Positions 1-11,740 of a stretch of 64,000 nt of DNA are shown piece by piece. Numbering within the stretch: position 1 is the first letter of the stretch; the number at the start of each line of letters is the position of its first letter. This DNA is from Octopus sinensis. Lineage: Eukaryota. The notes under the pieces were generated by a model. It saw only the letters and a program-made list of their open reading frames with translations, was not told the origin of the DNA and did no database searches. The stretch covers positions 18,116,464 to 18,180,463 of the forward strand of contig NC_043011.1 in NCBI RefSeq assembly GCF_006345805.1. The letters are read 5' to 3'. The position numbers and the translations under genes were made by a program.

Positions 1-170
1 CTTGAATAGAAATCTATGAATTCACAAGCTCAAAAAGACTTTAAAAGGAATTGTTATGGATGGTAAGATCAATTGCCCCATACATATAAGAACAAGCACC
101 ACCCAAAATTAGATGTTGATCATCTGTACCTACATAGACGTAATGGGGGAAGGGGAATGATGAGGGTAGA
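1..170 (+). mobile_element. R4/Dong-like non-LTR retrotransposon, RT C-terminal remnant
   Basis: Translates to HPKLDVDHLYLHRRNGGRGM, matching the HPKxDxxRLYLxRxxGGRGL motif after the RT of REL-type LINEs; truncated by window edge. Confidence 0.6.
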
Positions 171-1010
171 ACTTTTATCTCCACCACCGCTCCGATCATC
201 TACATCATATAATTCTATCAAATCCGAAATCACAAATTTTGAGGATAAAACGAAGTTCTATTCGAGACATGCAAATGCTTTTGTACATCAGTATATGAAG
301 CCCGGTTCCAGCGAATCACGATTAAAGGAAATAGCAAATGAAATAGCTAAGATTGGTAAAGATAGTCAAACCGTTATGCGTAATTTTAGCAAACAAAATA
401 CAACAGATGACAGAATTGCTTCAGTGATTAACTGGCATCGAAGTTTCGCTGGCATTTCAAAAGCGTTGCAGGAAAGTTACCAGCATGTGGTGAAAACATA
501 TCCCCGGTTCACACAGATATTTCCTCAGCCGCCTATTGTAGCCTTTGGACAGAAAAAGAATATAAGGGAATTAGTGACCTCTATTTCTGACTCCAAGAAA
601 CGAACATGGGAGTATCTGAATGCTGTACCTTGAAAAGCAGCCACAAGGGAGGTAAGACCTGTCCATTGTGCAACAACATGAATCAAGTAAATACCATATG
701 AAATGTTATGATTTATACAGAAGGTGGGACATGTGGAGATTGCCATTTGTTGTACACGCCAGAATGCACGAAACACAACTTGATTTATGTTGGTTGTATA
801 ACAGCACAATTGAACAAAAGATTTGATGGGCGCAGATTCGACGACAGGCAGAATAACAGTAGTTCTACAGAACTTGCCGAACATTTCGTTTCAAACGGCT
901 GAAATTTAGAAAAAGGCTTGAAAGTGCATATTTTCAGAAAATATGTATCTGCTTCACTTTCACTTCTCAGAAAGCATAAGGTGAAATATCCTTACGGGTT
1001 ATTAACGTCA
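171..1010 (+). mobile_element. Penelope-like element remnant (linker + GIY-YIG endonuclease)
   Basis: PPIVAFGQKKNIRELV linker motif; CGDC...NLIYVGCITAQLNKRF GIY-YIG-like segment; KYPYG near 987 resembles the terminal PxGLN motif; frameshifted. Confidence 0.65.
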
Positions 1011-1489
1011 CTCCCTGGAGAAACAGATAAAATGACAGGAGAATATCCTCAAATTTATACAAAACTCTTTGATTAAATATTTTTTTTTATATCCTCTCCT
1101 TTTTCTTTCCTCTTTTTTCGGTCTCTTTTGACTGACTTTTTCTTTTTCCCAGTTATAAAAGTGAAATTTAAAGAATGATGATGACATTCCATCTAAGTCC
1201 TTGTTCATACTTTAAATTTAAATTGCTATCATTTTGAGTTTTTATCCCTTTGTATTTTGAACTCGACAATGATAGACGTACTGTCAAAATATCGTCCAAC
1301 CAATAAAATATCCATTACAATCGACTCGCGCTCTTCATATTGTCTATTATTATTATTATTATTTTTCTTCTTCTTTCAAATTTGCTTCCATTTCTTGCCG
1401 AGCGTCTTCCCTACTCCTAGGGCAAAGAAACTCATAGTATACATTGGTAGGCCATTAAACCAAACTCAATAGTTCGTTAATTTTTTTTT

Positions 1490-2179
1490 TATGGTTAAAT
1501 TAAAATACATGGGCAGTACCAGCTCTCACAGCGACAATGCTCTTCTCAATACGTGTGATGTACCAGTTAAGACAATCTTTTGCACATCTTGCAGGGATGG
1601 TAAGCCAGGGATCATTCTCATATAATTTTCGGTTCCCTTCTTGATCATTCCTTGTGCTCCTACGATCACTGGTATTGTAACCGCCTTGAGATGCCACATT
1701 TTCTCAATTTCAATGAGTAGGTCTTTATATTTTCTGAGCTTGTCAAACTCTTTCGCCGAGATATTATGATCACAGGGGATGCTCATGTCGATCAATAAGC
1801 AAACTTTATTGTTTTTGTCTTTCACAACAATATCTGGTTTATTGGCTTTGATGGTTCGGTCTGTATGTACTGGAAAGTCCCACAGAATCGTTACATTTTC
1901 TCCTTCAGTTACAGCTTCAGGGTGGTGATTATACCACTTGTCGGCAATTTTAATATTGTAATGCCGACTTATTAGCCAGTATAGATATTGGCCAACTCTG
2001 TCATGTCTTAATTTATACTCCACTGGTGCTAAGACTTTACATCCAGAGATTAGGTGGTCCCCTGTTTCAATCAGGTCATTGCAGAATCGGCATTTTGGGT
2101 CTGCTCCATTTTTCATTACATTGGCCTGGTAGTTTGGGGTTAATAGGCTTTGATCTTGAGCAGCCAGGATGAAACCTTT
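1490..2179 (-). mobile_element. R4/Dong-like LINE 3' fragment (family 1): CCHC knuckle + REL endonuclease
   Basis: ORF 1526-2281(-): GFILAAQDQSL, CRFCNDLIETGDHLISGC, RHDRVG, KPDIVV...LLIDMSIP...KLRKYKDL; 5'-truncated against (AAT)n. Confidence 0.9.
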
Positions 2180-2190
2180 TATTATTATTA

Positions 2191-2247
<57 letters not shown>
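2180..2247. repeat. (TAT)n/(AAT)n microsatellite, 3' tail of the copy at 2248-3165
   Basis: Direct reading. Confidence 0.95.
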
Positions 2248-3165
2248 CATTCAGTACTTTTATTTTTATAACGTGATCCACTTCACTACCGAGCGCAGCT
2301 CTGTGTGCCTTGGGTTTGTGCTGTGATTTGTTGTGATGCTCTGATGGTTACTGTATTGAAAGTGTTCTGCGTAGGATTGTGCAGTGCCTAGTAGTGCAAT
2401 TTTCTGTATCATATATGTGTTTGTAAGTCCTGGTGTTTTTGTTATGCATTTGTCTGAATATTTTTTTATCATGCCTAATGCACCTACTATGATAGGAGTT
2501 GTTTCTGTTTTTAGATTCCACATTCTAGTTATCTGTATTTCCAGGTCTTTGTATTTTGAAAGTTTCTCCATTTCTTTTTGAGACACGTTGTCATCTGCTG
2601 GTATTGATACATCAATTAGAAAGCATTTTTTTCTTTCATGATCTCTGACAACTATATCTGGTCTGTTGGTCTTAATTTCTCTATCTGTGTGTATTGGCAT
2701 ATCCCAGAGTACGGTTGCTTTCTCGTTTTCTGTGACCTTTTCTGGTGTGTGCCTATACCATTTTTTTCTCTTGTTATTGCATAATGTTGAGATAGCTTCC
2801 AATGTATGTAGGTCCCAACTCTGTCGTGTCTGTGAATATATTTCTGCTTAGCCAGGGCATCCAGAGGTAATATGATTTATTATTTCTTGTCCATCTCCAC
2901 ATATTCTGCAGTTACTTGTTATATTTCATTTCATTACATGTTTTTGGTAATTTCTGGTGGGGAGGCTTTGGTCTTGTGCTGAAATTAAAATCCTTCTGTC
3001 TCTGCTTTGAGTCCTGAGCTTCTCAACCACTGCTGGGATTTTTCTTTGTCTATTTCTTTTGCATTTAGTTTAGTCCAGTACTTGCCATTATGGGGCTTTT
3101 CTTGCCATCTTTTTATCATGGTCCGTAGTTTTAGTTTGATTTCATTTGCTTTATAGTTTTTGTAG
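2248..3165 (-). mobile_element. R4/Dong-like LINE 3' fragment (family 2, copy B), frameshifted
   Basis: Reverse complement aligns to 4026-4958 including the 3' UTR; ORF 2266-2802(-) has RPDIVV...FLIDVSIP...KLSKYKDL. Confidence 0.9.
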
Positions 3166-3232
3166 TGTTTTCTTCTCCTTCTTCTTCTTCTTCTTCTTCT
3201 TCTTCTTCTTCTTCTTCTTTTTATTATTATTA

Positions 3233-3281
<49 letters not shown>

Positions 3282-3438
3282 TGTTAGGTGGTATGGTTTC
3301 TTGTTTGTATTTTTCAGATTCCTTAAATACTGAGAATAATTTTTGTTTTGCTCGTGATTTGCCGCTATTATTATTATTATTATTATTAGTAGTAGTAGTA
3401 GTAGTAGTAGTAGCAGTAGTAGTAGTAGTAGTAGTATT

Positions 3439-3496
<58 letters not shown>

Positions 3497-3612
3497 ATGA
3501 TGATGAAATATTACTACTACTGCTTCTACTACTACTACTGCTTCTACTACTACTACTACTAATAATAATAATAATAATACGAATAATATTAATAATAATA
3601 ATAATAATAATA
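3166..3612. repeat. Compound trinucleotide microsatellite (TTC/TAT/TAG/CAG/GAT/TAC/AAT) with a short unique spacer
   Basis: Direct reading. Confidence 0.95.
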
Positions 3613-3956
3613 ATGACAACGTGTCTCTAAAAGAAATGGAGAAACTCTCAAAATACAAAGACCTGGAAATAGAGGTAACTAGAATGTGGAACCTGAAAAC
3701 AGAAACAATTCCTATCATAGTAGGTGCATTAGGCATGATAAAAAAATATTCAGACAAATACATAACAAAAACACCAGGACTTACAAACACATATAACATA
3801 CAGAACATTGCACTACTAGGCACTGCACACATCCTACGCAGAACACTTTCCATACAATAACCATCAGAGCATCACAACAAATCACAGCACAAACCCAAGG
3901 CACACAGAGCTGCGCTCGGTAGTGAAGTGAAAGCACACTATAAAAATAAAACTACA

Positions 3957-3957
<1 letters not shown>
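3613..3957 (+). mobile_element. R4/Dong-like LINE, short 5'-truncated copy C (family 2)
   Basis: 8 differences from 4612-4957 over ~345 bp by manual count; includes stop, 3' UTR and an (AAT)n tail. Confidence 0.9.

Positions 3958-4025
<68 letters not shown>
3958..4025. repeat. (AAT)n microsatellite between copies C and D
   Basis: Direct reading. Confidence 0.95.
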
Positions 4026-4026
<1 letters not shown>

Positions 4027-4958
4027 CCAAATGAAAAATCCAAATGAAATCCAAACTAAAAATAGAACAGCAACGAACCATGATAAAACGATGGCAAGAA
4101 AAGCCCCTTCATGGTAAATACTGCACTAAACTAAACGCAAAAGAAATAGACAAAGAAAAATCCCAGCAATGGTTGAGAAGCTCAGGACTCAAAGCAGAAA
4201 CAGAGGGATTTTTAATTGCAGCACAAGACCAAAGCCTCCCCACCAGAGATTACCAAAAACATGTAATGAAAAGAAATAGTACAAGTAACTGCAGAATATG
4301 TGGAGATGGACAAAAAACAATAAATCATATTATCTCTAGCTGCCCAGTCCTGGCTAAGAAGGAATATATTCACAGACATGACGGAGTTGGAACCTACATA
4401 CATTGGAAGCTATGCCAACATTATGGAATAACAACAGAAAAAAGATGGTATAGGCACACACCAGAAAAGGTCACAGAAAACGAGAAAGCAACCATACTCT
4501 GGGATATGCCGATACACACAGATAGAGAAATTAAGGCCAACAGACCAGATATAGTTGTCAGAGATCATGAAGAAAACAAATGCTTTCTAATTGATGTATC
4601 AATACCGGCTGATGACAACGTGTCTCTAAAAGAAATGGAGAAACTCTCAAAATACAAAGACCTGGAAATAGAGGTAACTAGAATGTGGAATCTGAAAACA
4701 GAAACAATTCCTATCATAGTAGGTGCATTAGGCATGATAAAAACATATTCAGACAAATACATAAGAAAAACACCAGGACTTACAAACACATATAACATAC
4801 AGAAAATTGCACTACTAGGCACTGCACACATCCTACGCAGAACACTTTCCATACAATGACCATCAGAGCATCACAACAAATCACAGCACATACCCAAGGC
4901 ACACAGAGCTGCGCTCGGTAGTGAAGTGAAAGCACGCTATAAAAATAAAACTACTGAA
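4026..4958 (+). mobile_element. R4/Dong-like LINE 3' fragment copy D (family 2), open ORF with CCHC + REL domain
   Basis: ORF 4044-4859: KPLHGKY, EGFLIAAQDQSL, CRICGDGQKTINHIISSC, RHDGVG, RPDIVV..FLIDVSIP..KLSKYKDL; 3' UTR then (AAT)n at 4959-5008. Confidence 0.92.
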
Positions 4959-4960
4959 TA

Positions 4961-5008
<48 letters not shown>

Positions 5009-5010
<2 letters not shown>

Positions 5011-5500
5011 AAGCTCATTTGTTAGTGAAATGTTAAACAAGACTGGTAAGGATAAAGGTGTGAAGGAGACTGGAGCCAATATAGAAGGTGCTGCACTCAA
5101 CCGGTTTCCCATTGTGCAGCAGGGTGGGCCTGATCGTTATCCAGCAAATGCTAGTCTTGCTGCTAGACAAAAATTGCGTAGCAATTATATATGATGTTTA
5201 TGCTGTGTTACTTTTGGTGTATTCCTGTAGAGGCAAATGACGTACATTTAGAATATACATACAACGATTTGACAGGGAATAGAGGGCAATGAAACCGTTT
5301 AAAATTACAGGACAGATATCATATCATCAAGGAAGAGCAATAAAATAGATAACGTGCTTATCTGAAATGGAATTTAAACCTATCAAATGGAAGTTATCTA
5401 GTGATGCTGAGCACACGACAAAAGAATATGACATACCGGAAGAAATGGACTGCTCCTCACAAGAATGATCTAGAATATACTGGGTCAAAATGCTTAAGGG
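5009..5500 (+). mobile_element. Possible degenerate N-terminal region of another R4/Dong-like ORF
   Basis: MLCYFWCIP and LSEME-like segments resemble the VMxCYF..P / LxExE N-terminal motifs of R4-clade ORFs; starts right after (AAT)n; many stops. Confidence 0.35.
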
Positions 5501-5544
5501 GAATTTCTTTCGATTCGTAATATTTTCAGCTCCAAAACCATTGA

Positions 5545-5660
5545 GGTCGACTTAGCTACCCATCCATTCCTGGTCGATAAAATAATTTCCATTTCACCAC
5601 ACTGTGTGGTTGAGGCCATCGCCTAACACACTTCCCGTAAAATTTGTTAGTCTTTTATCA
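5545..5660 (+). mobile_element. Degenerate SINE family B core
   Basis: gaggtcgacttagctacccatccattcctggtcgataaaata resembles the core of 18407-18548. Confidence 0.4.
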
Positions 5661-5899
5661 AAATTCGTTTGATTTTTTTGATTTTTTTTGATTTTTTTCC
5701 TCTTGATATTATTTTCACCAGGCGTTACGCATTTAATACTTACAATCCACAACTTAAAATCCCTGCATTATCAGATAACATACACCACTGTAAAATTTAC
5801 AACGCTCGCATATGTCTTCAAAAATTAAAAAGAAACCTTCACAAACTGATGATTTTTGATTTTAAATCTAATTTTCATACACAACATTCGTAATTATTT

Positions 5900-7060
5900 T
5901 TGCTTTAAACTATTCGGAAGAGGAATCTCCATTGACAGTAGAGATTAAATTCTTCAAAAAAGTTTGAGTTTTTAAATTGTTACTCTTTTAGGTTTAACAT
6001 TAATTCATGAATTTTAGAAATGTTCACCATTAATTTCGAGTTTGTTATCGTGTAGTTTAACCTTTTTCTTAAGTTTTTCCTATTTATTATATCTTTGTCT
6101 GATTTTATATTACTTTTGCATTTCCTGTGAAATTAAAAAAATAATATGAAAGCCGTTTAATTTTTAAATCTTTTAATCTCGAATTTCTAATCTTTGCAAT
6201 CTCTATCATTATATATTTTAGTTTTTATCCAAAATATATGCGTGACTTAATCACTAATCAGTCATATGATTTATTTTCTTTCAGACTAGCTAGTGTGACT
6301 TAACCACTAATCGATAACCGTTTTCCTTTCTTGAAGTACCTGGTGAGACTTAGACCCTAATCAATCACATGATTATCTTCAAGTTTCTTTCGTTTGTGTG
6401 TGTATTTATATCTTTTCTAGAAATAACGTGGAAGATAATTTCAAACTTTACAGTTTTATGCATATAGATTTAAATCCAAGGATTCGTGTATTCCACTATA
6501 TTATTTTGCTCTTCATTCGCTTGCCGCAAATTAATCTAGTTTCTCGTTCTTTTTTCCCCTTGAAACTAATTGAATATATAGCTTCATACAATATTCCTAA
6601 TGTGAATGGTGCTCTCATATCTATCTCGTTTAAGTATTGTTCTATTTACTCGAGGATTACACCAATTCTTTATTCTATCTTCTAATTAATCCCGTTTCCC
6701 TGACTCATAGCCTCCAACCATTATCATTCAAATACCCTAAGTATATATCCTAAGTATATATTTCCCTTAGGCTGTTTGATTGTTACTATACTAACAGTCT
6801 CTTCTAGGGGTATTCCTAGTGGGGTTATTTTGTTTTTATTATGCTTGGGTAATATCTATCCGATATTAGTGGTGCAACTATAGCTACATTTAAGAAAGCT
6901 AACTTTAAATCACTCAAAATGTGTCACACAAGAGTAACGAGCCAAGACTTCTTTTTTAAAACTTTATTGTGAATTCTCGAGAATGTTCGTGTTTTCATCC
7001 AAGATGTAAACGAAAACTATTCCTCCATAAATTGTTAACATATTAAGATATTTGGGGAAC
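5900..7060 (-). mobile_element. Penelope-like element remnant (linker/GIY-YIG)
   Basis: Minus strand gives FPKYLNM...FVYILDEN and KCSYSCTTNIG*ILPKHNKNK, like the WFNPP..FL.LIDKHF / K.SYSC..NI..II..HN.K PLE linker. Confidence 0.5.
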
Positions 7061-9029
7061 ATGAAACCCATGGCAGCTGTAATACACACACACAAATACA
7101 CACACACACGCACACAAACACACATACATATATACATATATATATACTGTGAGAGGTATAACAACTACCTATATTAGAAACGTCACAAGGCTTACATCAT
7201 AATTTGTTTTCTGACTTTTAAAATATATTTCGGACGATAACTATGTTTTCCTGAGGATATAATTGAGCGTATACTATATAAAATATAACCTGTTTTGCAA
7301 ACTTTCCTTGTACTGTATACCGACAGCAAAATAACGCATTTCTCTTTTTTTTTTACAACAATATATTTACTATTCTTAGATAAGGTAAGTATATAATCTT
7401 AGACACTACCGTATTCGTCTTCAATGTACTGTAGTGCAGGCAAGTGAGAATGAGTCCATGATTTATCACACTTCTGTCTGTTTGCTTATCAACGCAGCTC
7501 TCTACGTTTATTGAGAAACAAACAAATTAATATTTACTGCTTGATCAAAGTCAAGGCAAAGCTGATTTGAAGGAGAGGTGTTATCAGTTTCTGACTAACT
7601 TCAAGAAAGAAAGGAAAACAGTAGAAACTATATTCAATGGAACATTATTCTGAACTATCAAATAAAATGAAATAAACTTTCAAGACTGTTGGAATTAATC
7701 CCACTTCGTGGTAGAGTGATCATTATCGTAAAGGCATCTAGCCATAAACTAGAAACCTTCTCCAAGTAACAGACAAGTCTAAATGATGGTAGGAGAGCCA
7801 AATTTTATTTAGATGGACATTCCTGTTGTTGTTGGATTTTTAATTCATCCGTTTTCTTTAGTTTATGAAAGAAGTGACAAGTTTACTGTATTGATACTGA
7901 CTATAACTAGGCGATGCTCCTAACATCCAGTGTTTGTTTGCCGACATATGAGCTGCTATATTTCAGTGTTGTCTTAAATATAGAGATTAGTGCTGGAGTG
8001 TTATAGAAATGTCTCAATTTAAATTGGTAACCCAGAACAATGCATTTTTAAAAAACGTGCTTCTTCACAGCAATTCAGACTAATATGTGGCCATCAATTA
8101 TATTAAATTAAATGCATCAACATAATATTTGGAATTGGACTTTCTAGGATCCAAGGAAAATTTTCTATTCGGACGTACAAACGGCATTAACGAAGCCATG
8201 TGTCAAAAATAGAATTCGGTATACGCTATTAAATTAGCTACAGGTTGTCACAGTCGGAACCCTATTATTTATTAATCTTTTGAATCGGAAGCTGGACGTG
8301 AACCGCTTCTAATAATACACACATCATCGACTCCTATTTGAATGATTCGGGTGTTCAGTCCTCACTAATCGCATTACTAGGTTTACAATTAAATACAAGA
8401 CACCTACTTGCTTATGTACTCTTCTTGTTTATGTACCTCTATGACAGGTGCGTCAGTGAGTAGATGAAAACTTCACATCGAATTTTAAATGAAAATGTTT
8501 CAACATCATAATTGTTTACAAAAATATTACAAATAACCGATCAACAGATATTCTGAAAATTTGGGGCGGGAAATATGCAATAACACGTATAAAATCAAAT
8601 ACTGAATCCAGATTTTGATGCTTAAATTTATTCGTGCATTCGTATATTATAAATTATATATTTTTAAATATCTGATCCTGCTTAGTATCATTAGAACATG
8701 AAAAGTAATAAACAGCGTTCAAAGAAATATTGCAGCATTTCATGCACTCTCTATATGTTTATTTACTCTGCCCTTTATCTTTCATTCTTTCTCTACATTG
8801 CTGTAATATGTCTCACTTGTATCGACTCTATATTCAACGTAGTAACGGTTTAATACAACATGAATTTGTCAAAAAAAAATATACTACGACTCCAGTATGG
8901 AGTCTCAATTTCTCTCCCAACCCTTTCTTCTAATCAATTGCAAATTCTTTAGCATAAAGACACATACACAGCTTTATATATACACTTTACACACATAGAT
9001 ATTTCCAGTCAATATCCTCGCTCAGAGTT

Positions 9030-9915
9030 TTGACACTAGCTAGATCTAATCCTCACAACACACAGCCAGCAGGCGAATGTGCTCTTGACTCGATCCTTTA
9101 ACAGCGCTGACTGTGACACAGATCACCGCTTGGTTTGCTGCAGTTTCAAACTCCAATGAAAGCTGGTATACTGCAGCATGCAGCGTATCGTTGCTACTGT
9201 AACCCTGGAATCAACTAAGGCTGATTCATCACAAAAGTAAAAGGAGGGTACCGTCGTTACAGACCCCCGAAATGTAATGTTCAACAGAGGTGGGACCTTC
9301 TCAGGGGCACCATTCATTGCTTTACACTGAGTTTTTAGAAGGAGGTGAGAATGCCACCTGATCTGAGTCGAAAACGAATGAGCTTGATACGCCCATAGAA
9401 GTTAAGCGAGTTGGCCTGTTGCTGACCAAACGCCAATCACCCGGGTCAAAACTGGAAGCATTGAGATCAGCGAGGAACAACACTGAGAAGACAGCAAAAC
9501 GCTGAGCAAATATGTACTCCCGAAAAATATGAAATGGAATCCACATCTCATTTGACATCGTTAAGTTTCGCAGAATGTATGACTTGCAATTACAACACTC
9601 CTCCATATTCACGGTCTTCTCTTTTCGACAATTATAGGAGTAGTTCTGAGAGCAAAGGCAACGAAACTACATCATGAAGGCCTAACACCTTGTTAGAGAG
9701 GTGGTCTGTTCAAAATAAGTGACAAGATTCGCTGTCTCCCAAGAATTCTCAGGAAATTCCAATAGGTTCATGCGGATATTTAAGGTGTCGTTCAATATGG
9801 CGACTCTTATTTGCAGGCGTTCAAAGTATGCAGTAACGGGAAGCAGGGCAGTGCGTTTGTCCCCACTCTGTTTGACATCTTTTTTGAAGCGGTCCTAAAA
9901 TATGCATTTGGATGT
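9030..9915 (+). mobile_element. RTE-clade LINE remnant (APE end + partial RT)
   Basis: RSFNSADCDTDHRLVCC (APE C-terminus), GLFKI, KQGSAFVPTLFDIFFEAVLKYAF (RT QG motif); internal deletions. Confidence 0.7.
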
Positions 9916-10860
9916 ACTTTAAATTGGCTGAAGGTTTATGGTATAGGTATGTTTAATTTGAGTATAAAATCAAAGAAATCAAAGAAATCAACTTTTGTTC
10001 TTTCGCCATCAAAAGTAATACTTAAGCTGATATTACTGAAGGATGTTACTAGATTATCTTTAACACTTTGTAAGTTTTGATTAGAAACATTTTGTAGGTA
10101 AAGAAGGACATCGTCGCGATATAATCCACCGAAGATGCACGGGAATTGATCAGCCATTTCGGATAGAATATAAATACCGACGAGATTAGAGATCTGGGCG
10201 GAATCATCTGCTCCTATTGTTATATCAAAGCAATTGCTTAGAATTTATTATCAAATTTAACAATAGATTTTCTAGCCACTAAAACTACATTCATTTCATC
10301 TTGGGTGAGGCCAGATTTATTATGCGCGAACCATCTTCAATAACCCAACACGCGGGTATCGCTATACTTAGGAAATGTATTATTGATAAGTACATTCCCT
10401 TTTTTAAAGAAAACACTTAAACTTCATTTATGGTATGAATCACTCCAGATAGGAGAATATCTCAATTCTTTTGTTTATAAACTAAACACTAAATTTATCC
10501 AGTTTGATATGTTTAATTATAATTCTTCTATTAATTCTGTCATCCTTTATAAAGGGGTTGCCTTTTGGATTTAAAAGATCAGTCCTCATTTGTAAATTGT
10601 ATTTCTCCATAATTTTCTTAGCTTCCAAGTTTTTCAAAGAACATTTTTACCAGTAGTCTTATATATTTTTTCTATTTCTTTTCTAGCTAATTTTCGGTAA
10701 TAATCCTAGCTTGAAGGAAACAGGTGGCCAGTTTAATCTGATTGAACAAGTAGACCTTACGTGTTGTTAATATCTGATTGAAGATGTTTTTAATGTTTCA
10801 TCGTTAATCTTGTTAATGTCTGATTGAACAAGTAAGTCCTCCTTGTTGTTAATGTCCTTT
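9916..10860 (-). mobile_element. Penelope-like element RT remnant
   Basis: FDITIGADDSAQISNLVGIYIL, GGLYRDD catalytic motif and KVDFF(L)D; upstream RT domains frameshifted. Confidence 0.75.
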
Positions 10861-11149
10861 GCTCTACTAAAATATAAAAAAATAAATATATTTAAAAATT
10901 ATTTATCCCTTTCTGATAACTTCGGTTGATATATATTTCCTACTGCTTGCTTCTACTTGTCTTAACTTTTATAAATTTATTGTTTTTGTATTCTAGTATT
11001 ATAAAGGAGTAAAATATTAAGTGGCATTATTATATATTTATACATACATGCATTTTTCTGCTTCTTTTTTTTCTTTTTTCTACTTCACCTTCTCAATACC
11101 CTTTGATATTATATTAATCTCTTCTTTTCTTTCTTTAAGATGAAAAAAT

Positions 11150-11420
11150 ATACACTACCTTCTTCCCCTACGATGGATTGAGGCCTCCTATAACCGGCTC
11201 TTTTTGTATATATATTATCAGTTAACGGTTTATAGCCGTTATCTCAACATGTATTTCTAATAGGTATATCTTTACTACCTCTGAAGAGATTCATCTTACA
11301 ATGATTTAAATTTTATGAATTAATTTTACAAAAATTTCTGACTGGAAACATCTGTCAGAGATGTCATACTTTGTAACTGATAAATATTTTTATTAATTCT
11401 CTCTCCATTTTCTTCTTATT
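11150..11420 (+). mobile_element. pLTR-like PLE fragment with degenerate hammerhead motif
   Basis: CTGAAGA at 11281 ... GAAAC-ATCT-GTC at 11345-11356, next to the PLE RT remnant. Confidence 0.4.
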
Positions 11421-11554
11421 CTTTAAACATATGAACCATGATTCATATGGTTACCTTATAGTTGAACTTTCTATAGATTGGTAACTAATCTGTATTTTCA
11501 TTGGATGTATGGATTTTAAATGAGGTGTATTAATTTAATTGATTATATATATCT

Positions 11555-11740
11555 GTGTGGGGGTAAGGTAAGAAGGTTGCTTCCCAACCGTATGTTTCCG
11601 GGATCGGTCCCACTGCGTGACACATTCGGCAGGTATCTTCTACTATAGCCTCAGGCCGTCCATAGCCTTTGGAGTGGATTTCGTAGACGTAAACTGAAAG
11701 AAGCCCGTCGTATATATATATATATATAAATATATACACT
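11555..11740 (+). mobile_element. SINE family A, 5' (tRNA-derived) module + (TA)n
   Basis: Aligns to 12932-13095; ends gaaagaagcccgtcgtatata. Confidence 0.8.

Noticed and set aside
3146-3562. Low-complexity ORFs (poly-Y/F/V/I; also the YI/CV-repeat ORFs at 13, 14.6, 25, 35, 45.9, 52-55 and 63.5 kb)
   Set aside because: They are translations of stop-free microsatellite frames, with no coding signal
6240-6380. CRISPR-like repeat/spacer array
   Set aside because: Eukaryotic context, only three degenerate units, no cas genes
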